A stretch of DNA of 64,000 nucleotides from Candidatus Thorarchaeota archaeon (GCA_016933575.1 JAFGAR010000028.1:156530-220529), one strand, 5' to 3'. Positions 8,922-19,600 are shown, numbered from the stretch's first letter. Translations and numbers: made by a program. The notes: generated by a model from the letters alone, not told the origin.

Positions 8922-9527
8922 ATGAAGAGGATAGGCGTCCTAATCAGCGGGAGAGGTACAAATCTTCAAGCACTTATTGATGCTGGATGCCGCGGGGATC
9001 TAGGTGGAAAAATCGTAGTTGTCATTAGCAACAAAAACAATGCACTTGGCGTGGAACGTGCAAGAAGAGCTGGAATACAAGTTGAAATAATTACTAAACG
9101 CATGTTTCCAGATCGAATTGAGTTTGATAAAGCTCTTATCAAGATATTAAACGAACAGAGAGTAGATTTGGTTGTCCTTGCAGGTTACATGAGAATGTTC
9201 ACTGAACAATTCATCACCGAGTTTTCTTCACGGATAATAAATGTGCATCCTTCACTACTGCCCTCGTTTAAAGGAGTAAAGGCACAATGGCAGGCTGTCG
9301 AATATGGAACCCGCGTGTCTGGGTGCACAACACACTTCGTTACGCTGGAAATGGATTCAGGACCTATAATTCTTCAACGAGCGATTCCAGTGTTTTTTGA
9401 TGATGATGGAGAAACATTGTCTAATAGAATCTTACCAGAAGAACATAGAATATTGGTGAAGAGTGTAAGGCTGTTTTGTGAAGACAAATTGAGAATAGAG
9501 GGCGAAAGGGTTCTCATATTGGAGTAG
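8922..9527 (+). CDS. purN: phosphoribosylglycinamide formyltransferase
   Basis: The N-terminus RIGVLISGRGTNLQALIDA and the NVHPSLLPSFKG motif are typical of PurN. Length is 201 aa. Confidence 0.9.
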   Translation: MKRIGVLISGRGTNLQALIDAGCRGDLGGKIVVVISNKNNALGVERARRAGIQVEIITKRMFPDRIEFDKALIKILNEQRVDLVVLAGYMRMFTEQFITEFSSRIINVHPSLLPSFKGVKAQWQAVEYGTRVSGCTTHFVTLEMDSGPIILQRAIPVFFDDDGETLSNRILPEEHRILVKSVRLFCEDKLRIEGERVLILE

Positions 9528-9536
9528 TGGTCAATA

Positions 9537-10937
9537 ATGTGTGGTGTGTTAGGAATATTGGGCAATTATCCTCTTACAATGGCGAGAGGCTTACTTCTCT
9601 TGCTTGCCCATAGAGGACAGGATGCGTCAGGACTTCTTTGGGTAGTCGGTAATGAGGCAACTTCTAGTAAATCAATAGGGAATCCGGATCGCATCTTTGT
9701 ACCGGAAATTGCTTCAAGCCAAATCTTGGGTAGCACACGATACCCGACAACTGGGAAACGTGTTGCTTCTGAGGAGGACTTGGATACCTTTGTTGGTCCG
9801 TTCAATGTAGGAGACCTTTCACTAACACATAATGGAAACATCACAAACATGCATTCCATTAGCAACCTGAAGTTTGATTGCGATACTGAATTCATTGCAG
9901 TAAAATTAACGCAAAATCTCACTGAAAACAATGGTAACCTACCCAGTGCATTCTCAGCTCTGCAATCAGAGGTAGATGGAGCATTCAGTCTTGTGGGAGT
10001 TTACAGAGGGAAACTCTTTGCCTACCGAGATAGTCATGGTTTCAAACCACTTGTGTTCGGTCGTAGCAAACAGAAGACAATAGTAGCATCAGAATCCACC
10101 GTTCTAGACATGGCAGGAGTTCCTCTTGAGAGAGATGTCTATCCCGGAGAGCTGTTAATATTTGGAGATGGCGGAACCATGGAATCATATTCCATCTCCC
10201 AGAGCCTGACACATTCGCACTGTTTCTTTGAATACGTATACTTCGCACATCCAGCTGCGACCTTAGAGAACCAATTAGTATATGATGTAAGATTCCGACT
10301 TGGTAGAGTCTTGGCTCAGACTTTCCTTAAGATGAACCTAGAACGACCGGATTATGTAGTTCCGGTTCCAGATACAAGTCGACCTGCGGCACAAGCCATG
10401 GCAGAAACACTCTCAGTTCCAATGAGAGAGATCATCTTGAAGAATCGATACTTGGGGCGAACTTTCATAGTGCGCTCTCAAGAGGAAAGAGATGCCATGG
10501 CTAGAAGCAAATATCTCTATTTGGATGATAAGATTCGAGGAAAGATCATTCTCGTTGTTGATGATAGTATTGTCCGAGGTACCACTGCAAAGATGATTGT
10601 TGCAGATCTAAAGAAACGCGGAGCAGCGAAGGTGTATTTTGCTGTCACATGTCCTCCGCAGACGCACCCCTGCTATTATGGGATTGATATCTCAACAGAT
10701 ACTGAACTTATTGCGTCAACAACAGAAATTGAAGCAATTGCAGAGTATATTGAAGCTGATGCACTCATCTATCAAGAAGAGCATACTCTATCAAATGCTA
10801 TTGGACTCAAGGACCTTTGTCTTGCATGCCTTAATGGAGAATATCCGACAGAACATGCGCGTAGGATTAGAGAAGAGTTGCAGGAACAAGGCGCATCATC
10901 TATTGAGCGCGATTATGAGAGGGATTTCTCAAAATGA
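9537..10937 (+). CDS. purF: amidophosphoribosyltransferase
   Basis: The MCGVLGI N-terminus provides the Ntn cysteine. PVPDTSRPAA and DDSIVRGTT are PRTase motifs. The stop overlaps the next start (ATGA, 10934-10937). Confidence 0.95.
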   Translation: MCGVLGILGNYPLTMARGLLLLLAHRGQDASGLLWVVGNEATSSKSIGNPDRIFVPEIASSQILGSTRYPTTGKRVASEEDLDTFVGPFNVGDLSLTHNGNITNMHSISNLKFDCDTEFIAVKLTQNLTENNGNLPSAFSALQSEVDGAFSLVGVYRGKLFAYRDSHGFKPLVFGRSKQKTIVASESTVLDMAGVPLERDVYPGELLIFGDGGTMESYSISQSLTHSHCFFEYVYFAHPAATLENQLVYDVRFRLGRVLAQTFLKMNLERPDYVVPVPDTSRPAAQAMAETLSVPMREIILKNRYLGRTFIVRSQEERDAMARSKYLYLDDKIRGKIILVVDDSIVRGTTAKMIVADLKKRGAAKVYFAVTCPPQTHPCYYGIDISTDTELIASTTEIEAIAEYIEADALIYQEEHTLSNAIGLKDLCLACLNGEYPTEHARRIREELQEQGASSIERDYERDFSK

Positions 10938-11887
10938 AGATTGGTACGCTTGCAAGTCATAGTGCTCTTAACATTATCACTGGAGCAAAAGCTGAGGGTT
11001 TTGAAACTGCATTGTATTGCACTCCAGATAGAATACCTTTCTACAAATCGTTTGGCCTTGGTGATTCTATTATTGAGTTAGAATCATTTGATGAGCTGCT
11101 TGAGCTGGATCTCTCAGATGTTATCATCATCCCTCATGGTTCATTTGTGGCATATATTGGAGCAGATAGAATTCTCAAATCGGACCTCCAAATATTTGGC
11201 AACAAAGAACTGCTAAAATGGGAAGAGGATAGAAACTTAAAATCGCAGATGATGATTGAAGCAGGTTTGAATGTTCCACGTGAGTATAAACACTTGGATG
11301 AGATAGATAGTCCAGTTATAGTGAAAACGCATGGAGCAGCAGGTGGAGAAGGTTATTTCATTGCTGCAAATAAAAAGGAGATCGAAGAGAATCTAGACCC
11401 GAGCAAAAAATACTCTTTCCAAGAATATATCGTTGGTACAAAGATCTTTACAACTTATTTCAATTCGATTGCTCAAGATAGACTAGAGATCTTTGGAGCA
11501 GATATCAGATACGAAACAGATGCTGATGCAAACCTAAGGTTCGATGATAGACCATCCTTTATTGTGATTGGCAACCTCCCCGTTGTTCTTCGTGAGTCAA
11601 CGCTTGCTCAATACTTTGACATGGGTGTGGGATTTGTCAATGCTTTCCAAAAACTAGTAGGACAGAAACTTGTGGGTCCATTCTGTATTGAAACCATTAT
11701 TGATAGAAATCAGAAGATCTACTCTTTCGAGTTCAGTGGTCGTATCGTTGCTGGGACAAATGTCTGGATGCCAACATCACCATATTCCTTTACTCTCTTT
11801 GGAGAACAGATGTGGATGGGTAGAAGAATAGCTCTCGAAATAAAGCAATTGATGGCTTCGAGTATGTTAGATGAGGTGTTGAGGTGA
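10934..11887 (+). CDS. purP: PurP-type 5-formaminoimidazole-4-carboxamide ribonucleotide (FAICAR) synthetase, ATP-grasp
   Basis: The N-terminus IGTLASHSALNIITGAKAEGF and the ATP-grasp-like body resemble archaeal PurP. Its position inside the purine operon supports the call. Confidence 0.75.
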   Translation: MKIGTLASHSALNIITGAKAEGFETALYCTPDRIPFYKSFGLGDSIIELESFDELLELDLSDVIIIPHGSFVAYIGADRILKSDLQIFGNKELLKWEEDRNLKSQMMIEAGLNVPREYKHLDEIDSPVIVKTHGAAGGEGYFIAANKKEIEENLDPSKKYSFQEYIVGTKIFTTYFNSIAQDRLEIFGADIRYETDADANLRFDDRPSFIVIGNLPVVLRESTLAQYFDMGVGFVNAFQKLVGQKLVGPFCIETIIDRNQKIYSFEFSGRIVAGTNVWMPTSPYSFTLFGEQMWMGRRIALEIKQLMASSMLDEVLR

Positions 11888-11981
11888 TTTTGTTGAATCT
11901 TGATATTGAGCGCAAGACTTACAAACGGGGCAAGCTTGAAGACCATAAAGGGAGAACTTTGATTCTACTTTTGGAGGTTGG

Positions 11982-13058
11982 ATGATGAGGCTTCCAACTA
12001 TTGGTATGCTGGGTTCTCATAGCGCAGAGGAGATAGGTGTTTCAGCAAAAGCCAATGGATTTCAGACAGTCGTGGTATGTCAAAAAGGACGTGACAAACT
12101 CTATACAAAGTACAACAAGCATCTGTTCGACGAAGTGATTCTCTTAGATAATTTCAGAGATATGATTGAAGAGGAAACTCAGGAAAGGCTTCGTGAACTG
12201 GATACACTATGGATTCCTAATCGCTCATTTTCAGTGTATGTTGGATATGAAAAAATTGAGAGAGACTTCAAAATACCAATGTACGGAAACAGGAATATGC
12301 TGAGAGTAGAGGAGAGAGGACTTGAGAGGGATCAATACTGGTTACTAAAAGAATCAGGAATAAGAATCCCCAAGGCGTTCCGTCCAGACACGATAGATAG
12401 ATTGGCAATTATCAAAGTACAACAAAAAGGGTTACCTCTTGAAAGAGCATTTTTCTACGCCAACTCTCCTGCTGATTATGATAAGACAAGTAAGGCTATG
12501 ATTAAGCAGGGACTGATTTCCGAGAGGGATTTAGAAGAAGCAACCATTGAGGAGTTTGTAATAGCTCCTAGATTCAATGCTAACTTTCAAGCGTACGCAA
12601 TGAATGATTATTTTGGAGACCTTGATCTCGTAGGTTTTGATGACAGAGTACAAACAAGTCTTGGAGGTCTCTTGAACTTGCCAGCTAGTGAACAGCTTAA
12701 ACTGGATATCACAGTGATGAATGAAGAAGTTGGACATAAGGGAGTGACCATGCGAGAATCAAAGAAACCACTGGTATACGACGCTGCTGAGAAATTATTG
12801 GCAGGTGTTGCAAAGAATTTCCCACCTCGAATGTTGGGACTTTTCTCACTGCAAGGGGCAATCACAGAAGATTCAGAATTCGTTGTTTTTGATTTGAGCC
12901 CAAGAGTTCCTGGAGCCCCTTGCATAGGACCTACAAGCCCTGAGATGAGAAGATTGTCCTTGAAGTTTAGAAAGGACGTTCATTCACCATTGGACCTGTG
13001 CATGTTTGATATTATGAAAGCTGCCGAGGAGGAAAGGCTCTCTGAGGCATCAACGTAA
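11982..13058 (+). CDS. PurP-family paralog (ATP-grasp, FAICAR synthetase-like)
   Basis: The N-terminus IGMLGSHSAEEIGVSAKANGF is parallel to that of the preceding gene. It is a 358-aa tandem paralog. Its stop overlaps the next start (TAATG, 13056-13060). Confidence 0.7.
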   Translation: MMRLPTIGMLGSHSAEEIGVSAKANGFQTVVVCQKGRDKLYTKYNKHLFDEVILLDNFRDMIEEETQERLRELDTLWIPNRSFSVYVGYEKIERDFKIPMYGNRNMLRVEERGLERDQYWLLKESGIRIPKAFRPDTIDRLAIIKVQQKGLPLERAFFYANSPADYDKTSKAMIKQGLISERDLEEATIEEFVIAPRFNANFQAYAMNDYFGDLDLVGFDDRVQTSLGGLLNLPASEQLKLDITVMNEEVGHKGVTMRESKKPLVYDAAEKLLAGVAKNFPPRMLGLFSLQGAITEDSEFVVFDLSPRVPGAPCIGPTSPEMRRLSLKFRKDVHSPLDLCMFDIMKAAEEERLSEAST

Positions 13059-14050
13059 TGGAGAAGTATGAGGGAGAAAAAACTATGAAACTAATTCATA
13101 AGGGAAAAGTAAAGCGAGTTCTCGAAGATCCCGAATCAAAAGACCGTGTAGTTATCGAATTTACTGATACAGTGACCGCTGGAGATGGAGCAAAGAAACA
13201 AGAGTTCACTGGAAAGGGGAAACTTGCTTGTGACTTCTCTGAATTCCTCTTTGGTTATCTTGAAGGTAAAGGAATTGATACGCATTTCATTAAGAGACTG
13301 AAAGGACCTCAACTAATGTGCACGAAGGTAGAAATATTTCCTATCGAATTCGTTTGCCGAAATCTAGTTGCAGGTTCTTTTAGCAGACGCTATGGAACAG
13401 AGAAAGGCACTGTGCTGGATTCCCCCCTAGTGGAATATTTTATGAAAAATGATGATTTGCATGACCCGCTCATCACTGGAGAATCTATCATTCGATTAGG
13501 GCTTGTTTCTCAGAACGATTTGGAATTCATGACTAAAGTGACTCTATCTGTAAATTACTACCTCAGTGAATTATTGAAACAGCAGAAACTCACTCTCGTA
13601 GATTTCAAACTTGAGTTTGGAAAGGCAGAAAATGGTGAGATAGTTCTTGCAGATGAGATTTCTCCTGATACTATGAGGGTGTGGGATGCTACAGCGACAT
13701 CGCTCGATAAAGATGTCTTTAGAGAGGATAAGGGTGACCTCATTGCAACATACGAAAAGTTACTCACCGCTGTGAAGACTGCAAGATCTGAGGATGTTGA
13801 AGCGAGATTGGAATCAGTCTACATCATTGTGGAACCAAAGCCGGCGATAAAGAATCCTCCAGGTGAAGTGACTCGAAAAGCTCTCATTAGATTAGGCTTT
13901 GCTGAAGTCGAGGATGTACGAATGGGCAAGGTCTTCAATATCACCCTCAAGAAACCCTTGACCTCAGAGATTCTAAAGCATCTAGAAGTGATGAATGTAA
14001 AACTTCTCTCGAATCCCATTTCTGAGAAACATAAGGTGAGGTTTGAGTAG
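13058..14050 (+). CDS. purC-purS: SAICAR synthetase fused to PurS (FGAM synthase small subunit)
   Basis: The N-terminal ~240 aa is PurC-like (LIHKGKVKRV..., ADEISPDTMRVWD). The C-terminal ~85 aa is PurS-like (VYIIVEPKPAIKNPPGEVTRKALIRLGFAEVEDVRMGKVFNITLK). An alternative start is ATG 13085. Confidence 0.85.
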   Translation: MEKYEGEKTMKLIHKGKVKRVLEDPESKDRVVIEFTDTVTAGDGAKKQEFTGKGKLACDFSEFLFGYLEGKGIDTHFIKRLKGPQLMCTKVEIFPIEFVCRNLVAGSFSRRYGTEKGTVLDSPLVEYFMKNDDLHDPLITGESIIRLGLVSQNDLEFMTKVTLSVNYYLSELLKQQKLTLVDFKLEFGKAENGEIVLADEISPDTMRVWDATATSLDKDVFREDKGDLIATYEKLLTAVKTARSEDVEARLESVYIIVEPKPAIKNPPGEVTRKALIRLGFAEVEDVRMGKVFNITLKKPLTSEILKHLEVMNVKLLSNPISEKHKVRFE

Positions 14051-14745
14051 TGTCGATTGCAGTCCTCAGATTTCCTGGAACAAATAACGAAAATGATGTT
14101 CTTAGGGCTCTATCACTTATTGAGGGAGCAAAACCATATCTTGTACCTTCTCGGAAGGGACTCGCGGGTCTAGAGGATGCTGATGGTGTCTTTATTCCCG
14201 GAGGATTCTCATATGGAGATTATCTTCGGGCAGGTGCAGTTGCATCAGTGGAAACAATTACTGAAGGAGTAAGAGATCTAGCTGAAGATGGACGTCCAAT
14301 TATTGGCGTATGTAATGGTTTTCAAATACTTACTGAGATGGGATTGCTTCCAGGTGCCTTGCTTCCAAATAGGACTGCGCGTTTTGTATGTGGGTGGATC
14401 AATCTTAGGGTCTGTGAGAATCCAACGATATTTACAGAGGGATTGGAGAATGCAGTCCTTCGGCTGCCAATCGCCCATGCAGAAGGGAATTATTATTGTA
14501 CGAATGAAGATCTCACTTCTCTCAAGGATGAAGGACGCATACCGCTACGATACTGCAATGAGTTAGGAGAGATCGATGAAGCTTCTAATCCAAATGGATC
14601 CATAGGAAATATTGCAGGTGTCATTAGTCAGAATGGCAATATACTGGGACTCATGCCTCATCCTGAACGAGCAAGTAGACAGATCCTCGGTTCGGTTGAT
14701 GGTTTAGCAATATTAGAAAACTTTGTGAGGGCAACAAAATGCTGA
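14050..14745 (+). CDS. purQ: FGAM synthase glutamine amidotransferase subunit
   Basis: GTG start overlapping the upstream stop (TAGTG). GVCNGFQIL carries the nucleophile Cys, and MPHPER carries the His/Glu of the triad. Confidence 0.9.
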   Translation: MSIAVLRFPGTNNENDVLRALSLIEGAKPYLVPSRKGLAGLEDADGVFIPGGFSYGDYLRAGAVASVETITEGVRDLAEDGRPIIGVCNGFQILTEMGLLPGALLPNRTARFVCGWINLRVCENPTIFTEGLENAVLRLPIAHAEGNYYCTNEDLTSLKDEGRIPLRYCNELGEIDEASNPNGSIGNIAGVISQNGNILGLMPHPERASRQILGSVDGLAILENFVRATKC

Positions 14746-16907
14746 ACAAATCAGAATTGGAATATGCAAAGTCAGTTCTTGGTAGAGAGCCCACGCAGAC
14801 CGAACTTGGTATGCTTGATGTTCTATGGTCAGAACATTGCAGCTATAAGAGTAGTAAACGATGGTTTTACTTGTTTAAAACTGAAGGTGAAAAAGTTGCT
14901 CTTGGAATTGGCGAAGGCGCTGGACTCGTCGATATTGGTGACGGCTATCTCATAGGAGTTGCGATGGAGTCCCACAATCACCCAAGTCAGATTGACCCGT
15001 ACAATGGAGCTGCTACAGGCGTAGGTGGCATAATTAGAGATGTCATCTCACAAGGCTGTAAAGCAGTAGGTCTAATGAATTGCCTACGGTTTGGACCCCC
15101 TTCAAAACCGCGTAATGCATACCTCTTGGAGAATGTTGTCCGAGGCATCTCTGAATATGGAAATAGTGTAGGTATTCCGGTGGTTGGAGGAGAACTAGAG
15201 TTCGATGATTCGTATGATGATAACTGCCTTGTGAATGTAGTTTGTGTCGGATGGATAAAACCAGAATATATTGTACGTAGTAAAGCCAAGACCACTGGAC
15301 ATCACTTAGTTTTATTTGGTTCAACGACAGGGAGAGACGGTATCGCTGGAGTCAGTTTTGCCTCTGAGACCTTTTCTGATGATGAAGATGAGAATCGTGG
15401 TGCAGTTCAAATTGGGGATCCTTTATCAAAGAAAGTCTTGATAGACACACTTCAGGAACTCGTTGAAGAGAAACTACTAGAAGGCCTTCAAGACTTTGGT
15501 GGTGGTGGTATGACATCAGCAGCTGGGGAACTTGCATCAGCTGGTGGAACAGGAGTAGAGATTGATCTTGATAAAGTTCCTTTAAGAGAGGCAGATATGG
15601 AACCATGGGAGATAGTGATTTCCGAGTCTCAGGAGCGCATGCTCGGTATTGTCGCACCGGAAAACCTTGATCGAGTCATCCTACTTCTTGAGAAGAACGA
15701 TACTCCGTATGGTATCATTGGAAAAGTGACAGATGATAAACACTACACTGCAAAGTGGAATGGTGAGATTAAGGCTCGATTACCAATAGACCTCCTTGTC
15801 GGAGGATTTCCAGTTCCAGAAAGAGTAGAAGGAAAGATAACTCCACAGACAGAATCTATGTCATGGTTCAATGAACCTGAGGACTATAGGAGTATCTTAC
15901 TTGAACTAATTGAATCGATCAATATCTGCGATAGATCATGGGTCTATAGTCAATATGACCAACATGTGCAATCCAATACAGTTGTAGACCTTGGGGAGAA
16001 CGGTGGTGTACTTGAGTTTCCTAATGGAAGACTACTTGCTTTTACTAGTGATTGCAACTCTTTTTGGTGTCTATTAGATCCTCAACAGGGAACAGCTAAT
16101 TCAGCATGTGAATCACTCAGGAATCTTATATCTATGGGAGCAAGTCCAATCTTCATAGCGGATTGCCTAAACTTTGGAAATCCAGAACGACCTGAATCAT
16201 ATTGTCAGTTTGTGGAATCTGTACGCGGTCTCGGTCGCTTCTCTCATGACTTCAATATTCCAATTGTAGGGGGGAATGTGTCACTCTATAACGAGTCCTC
16301 TGTGGATAATCAAGCGAAACGAATCAATCCAACACCTCAGATAATGATTGCTGGCATCTTTGAAAGGAACTTCACCCCGGTTAGACGAAATCTTTGTACA
16401 CCTTGGGCAAATATTTTCCTCATCGGCGAAACGCTTCCAGAATTGAATGGCTCAGAATTCCAGAGAATCACCATTGGTCAGGTAAAGGGAATTCCACCTA
16501 GGTATCGACCTGATGAAGAAAAGAGAGGAATGAATGTCATCTTGGAGGCTCATAAGAAAGGACTCATCAGATCATGCAACAATGTAGGACGCGGTGGAAT
16601 AGCCGCTGCACTCTTGAAGATGGCTCTCAATAGTCACTATGGATTCAAACTCAATTTAGATTATATTCCAGGCACTGTGAGTAGTGTTGCTCAACGGCTT
16701 TTCTCAGAAACCTCTGGAAGGTACTTGGCAGAAGTCACAGAGAGTAATCAGCCAGAATTCCTAACAATAGTAGAGAAATATGGTTCGACAGTATGTGAAC
16801 TTGGTTTAACGATAGCAGATCCTATTGCAGATTTTGGAAGATTCAGTATACCAATGAAAGAAGTCAAGGATGCATACTCAAGGGGTCTAAGAAAATACAT
16901 GGAGTGA
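14739..16907 (+). CDS. purL: FGAM synthase II (large subunit)
   Basis: The ESHNHPSQIDPYNGAATGVGGIIRD motif and the duplicated PurM-like domains indicate PurL. Length is 722 aa, with a 7-nt overlap with purQ. Confidence 0.95.
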   Translation: MLNKSELEYAKSVLGREPTQTELGMLDVLWSEHCSYKSSKRWFYLFKTEGEKVALGIGEGAGLVDIGDGYLIGVAMESHNHPSQIDPYNGAATGVGGIIRDVISQGCKAVGLMNCLRFGPPSKPRNAYLLENVVRGISEYGNSVGIPVVGGELEFDDSYDDNCLVNVVCVGWIKPEYIVRSKAKTTGHHLVLFGSTTGRDGIAGVSFASETFSDDEDENRGAVQIGDPLSKKVLIDTLQELVEEKLLEGLQDFGGGGMTSAAGELASAGGTGVEIDLDKVPLREADMEPWEIVISESQERMLGIVAPENLDRVILLLEKNDTPYGIIGKVTDDKHYTAKWNGEIKARLPIDLLVGGFPVPERVEGKITPQTESMSWFNEPEDYRSILLELIESINICDRSWVYSQYDQHVQSNTVVDLGENGGVLEFPNGRLLAFTSDCNSFWCLLDPQQGTANSACESLRNLISMGASPIFIADCLNFGNPERPESYCQFVESVRGLGRFSHDFNIPIVGGNVSLYNESSVDNQAKRINPTPQIMIAGIFERNFTPVRRNLCTPWANIFLIGETLPELNGSEFQRITIGQVKGIPPRYRPDEEKRGMNVILEAHKKGLIRSCNNVGRGGIAAALLKMALNSHYGFKLNLDYIPGTVSSVAQRLFSETSGRYLAEVTESNQPEFLTIVEKYGSTVCELGLTIADPIADFGRFSIPMKEVKDAYSRGLRKYME

Positions 16908-16913
16908 TGCTTA

Positions 16914-18347
16914 ATGGTTGATGTATTGATCATCGCTGGGAGTAAGAGTGATGAAAGAATCGTTGAGAAAGCGACTAATGTTCTCGATGAATTGGAGATT
17001 CAATATGAAGTGAAATATGCATCTGCCCATCGAGAACCAGAAAAAGTGAAGTCTATCGTAAAAAAGAGTGAGGCAAGAGTCATTATTGCCATCGCTGGTC
17101 TGTCGGCTGCATTACCTGGAGTGGTTGCTTCTCATACCTCGAGACCTGTTATTGGTGTGCCAGTAAACGTTACCCTGGATGGATTGGATGCACTTCTTTC
17201 AATCATGCAGATGCCAAAAGGAGTTCCAGTGGCAACCGTTGGAATTGATAATGGACAGAATGCGGCATATCTTGCAGCACGGATTCTGGAAGTTAACACT
17301 AAAGAAACCACAAGAATACCAGCAACATATGCTGAAGCTGGTGTCGATGAGAGTCTAGTAGCAAAAGGACTTGAGGTTCTTGGTAAGTATGTAAGACAAT
17401 CATTCAAGCATGGCGAGATTATGCAAGACTACGGTCATTATGCTAATACCGTCAAGATTTCAGAAGATCTCTGTCTTGCTCTCTCAACAGATGGTGTTGG
17501 GAGCAAGGTGCTTGTTGCTGAACTCTCTGAAAAGTATGATACAATAGGGGAAGACTGCGTTGCGATGAATGTCAATGATCTCATTTGTATCGGAGCGACT
17601 CCTGTTGGATTTGTTGATTATCTAGCATCCGAGAAACCACTTCCTACTGAAACAATTGAGGAAATAGCAAAGGGACTACTGAAGGCGTGTGATGAATCTG
17701 AAATTCCGATTCTTGGCGGAGAAACGGCCATTCTGCCAGATATGATAAGAGGTCAGAAAGGACCGGGTCTCGATCTAGCAGGAACTGCGGTTGGGATTGC
17801 CAAACCATCAGAATTATTCGATGGAAGTAGTATTCAATCCGGTGATGTCATACTAGGAATTTCATCAAATGGTATTCATTCTAATGGTTTCACTCTGGCG
17901 CGAAAAGTTCTGTTAGCAAAATACAAACTTCAAGACAAGTTGCCATGGGGAGTAACACTAGCAGAAGAACTATTGAAACCAACTAGAATTTACGTACCTC
18001 ATTTCAAAGCAATGAAGGAGGCAAGAATTGAAATCAAGGGTCTCGCACATATCACAGGCTCTGGATTCAAGAAGATATTGAGACTTGGTCAATTGAGATT
18101 CATCATTTCAGATTATCCAGACATTCCGCCGATTTTTGATTTGATAAAGAAAACAGGAAATATCTCATGGGAAGAGATGTTCACGACATTCAATATGGGG
18201 ATAGGGCTGATTGTTGTTGTGCCAGAGAACCAGGAGGAGATGGCTAAGCGAGTTCTTTCGAATTTGGATGAAACATATCGACTAGGAATTGTCGAGGATT
18301 CTATGAAAGGCGAAGTTAGAATAGAACCATTTGGAGTGAAAATTTAG
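16914..18347 (+). CDS. purE-purM: PurE (carboxyaminoimidazole ribonucleotide mutase/carboxylase) fused to PurM (AIR synthetase)
   Basis: The N-terminal ~125 aa is PurE-like ([38 protein letters not shown]). The remaining ~345 aa is PurM-like (YAEAGVD..., [17 protein letters not shown]). It is a single uninterrupted 477-codon ORF. Confidence 0.85.
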   Translation: MVDVLIIAGSKSDERIVEKATNVLDELEIQYEVKYASAHREPEKVKSIVKKSEARVIIAIAGLSAALPGVVASHTSRPVIGVPVNVTLDGLDALLSIMQMPKGVPVATVGIDNGQNAAYLAARILEVNTKETTRIPATYAEAGVDESLVAKGLEVLGKYVRQSFKHGEIMQDYGHYANTVKISEDLCLALSTDGVGSKVLVAELSEKYDTIGEDCVAMNVNDLICIGATPVGFVDYLASEKPLPTETIEEIAKGLLKACDESEIPILGGETAILPDMIRGQKGPGLDLAGTAVGIAKPSELFDGSSIQSGDVILGISSNGIHSNGFTLARKVLLAKYKLQDKLPWGVTLAEELLKPTRIYVPHFKAMKEARIEIKGLAHITGSGFKKILRLGQLRFIISDYPDIPPIFDLIKKTGNISWEEMFTTFNMGIGLIVVVPENQEEMAKRVLSNLDETYRLGIVEDSMKGEVRIEPFGVKI

Positions 18348-19600
18348 TGTCGAAGGTACTTCTTATAGGAAACGGGGCTAGAGAACATGCAGTCGGAGTA
18401 GCCTTGATTCGTTCAGGAGTTGAGCTTCATACTCATATGGACAGATTGAATCCTGGTCTCGCAAAGATCTCTAAAGAGGTATCAATTGGTTCGACAACAG
18501 ATATCAAAAAACTACCAAATCTATGGGGCTATGATTATGCTTTCATTGGTCCAGAAGCGCCCTTAGCCTCAGGGGTAACAGATTTCATCACCAATCGAGG
18601 CGTACCTTGTATAGGACCAAATCAAGCAGCTGCTATGATTGAAACTAGCAAGTCCTTTGCTCGGATTGTTATCGACCAAGTGATTCCGCAAGCTAATCCA
18701 CGATTCATGGTTGTAAGAAGTATCGATGACCTCAGGAAATTCGAGAAACAGATTGGCATTGAGAATATCGTTGTGAAACCTAATGGTCTCACGGGAGGAA
18801 AAGGTGTCAAGATCTTCGGAGAACATCTGAACTCTCGAGATGAACTAGAAAAATATGCTATCGACCTTCTCACAAAGACAGGTGTAGTAGTCCTTGAAGA
18901 GAAGCTCAATGGAACTGAATTTACAGTACAAGCGTTTGCGGATGGTGGAACGCTTGAGTTCATGCCACTCGTTCGTGATTATAAACGAGCATTTGATGGC
19001 GACACAGGACCGAATACTGGTTCAATGGGATCATATTCAGCATCAGATCATGGACTGGAATATGTTTCCCAAGAAGACTTTGAGTTGGCTAAGACCATTA
19101 TGAACGCAACAATGATTGGAATCAAAAAGAAAACAGGTTCTGAGTTCAAAGGTATTCTATATGGACAGTTCATGAAAACTCAAGAAGGAGTGAAAGTAAT
19201 CGAATATAATGCAAGATTTGGCGATCCAGAAGCAATGAATGTTATGTCGATACTATCAAGCTCTATGGATGAAGTCTGCCAAAGAATAATTGATGGAAAT
19301 CTTGGCAAAGTCGATTTTGAAAAGAGTGCTACTGTCTGTGTGTATATTGTCCCTGAGGGTTATCCAGGTCCGGATGTAATCAAAGATAGCCCATTAACAA
19401 TTGATGATAGCGTGCAAAGCAATCTGTATTATGCTTCTGTATACGAAAAAGATCAACAAATATTCACGACAGGGAGTAGAGCAATTGGAGTCCTAGCGAA
19501 AGGTGATACTGTGAAAGCTGCTAGGGAGATGGCATATCAAGATGTCAAGAGAATCAAAGGGCGAGTAAGATATCGATCTGATATTGCAGCTCATTTGTAA
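18347..19600 (+). CDS. purD: phosphoribosylamine-glycine ligase (GAR synthetase)
   Basis: GTG start overlapping the upstream stop (TAGTG). The N-terminus VLLIGNGAREHA and the ATP-grasp body are typical of PurD. Length is 417 aa. Confidence 0.9.
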   Translation: MSKVLLIGNGAREHAVGVALIRSGVELHTHMDRLNPGLAKISKEVSIGSTTDIKKLPNLWGYDYAFIGPEAPLASGVTDFITNRGVPCIGPNQAAAMIETSKSFARIVIDQVIPQANPRFMVVRSIDDLRKFEKQIGIENIVVKPNGLTGGKGVKIFGEHLNSRDELEKYAIDLLTKTGVVVLEEKLNGTEFTVQAFADGGTLEFMPLVRDYKRAFDGDTGPNTGSMGSYSASDHGLEYVSQEDFELAKTIMNATMIGIKKKTGSEFKGILYGQFMKTQEGVKVIEYNARFGDPEAMNVMSILSSSMDEVCQRIIDGNLGKVDFEKSATVCVYIVPEGYPGPDVIKDSPLTIDDSVQSNLYYASVYEKDQQIFTTGSRAIGVLAKGDTVKAAREMAYQDVKRIKGRVRYRSDIAAHL

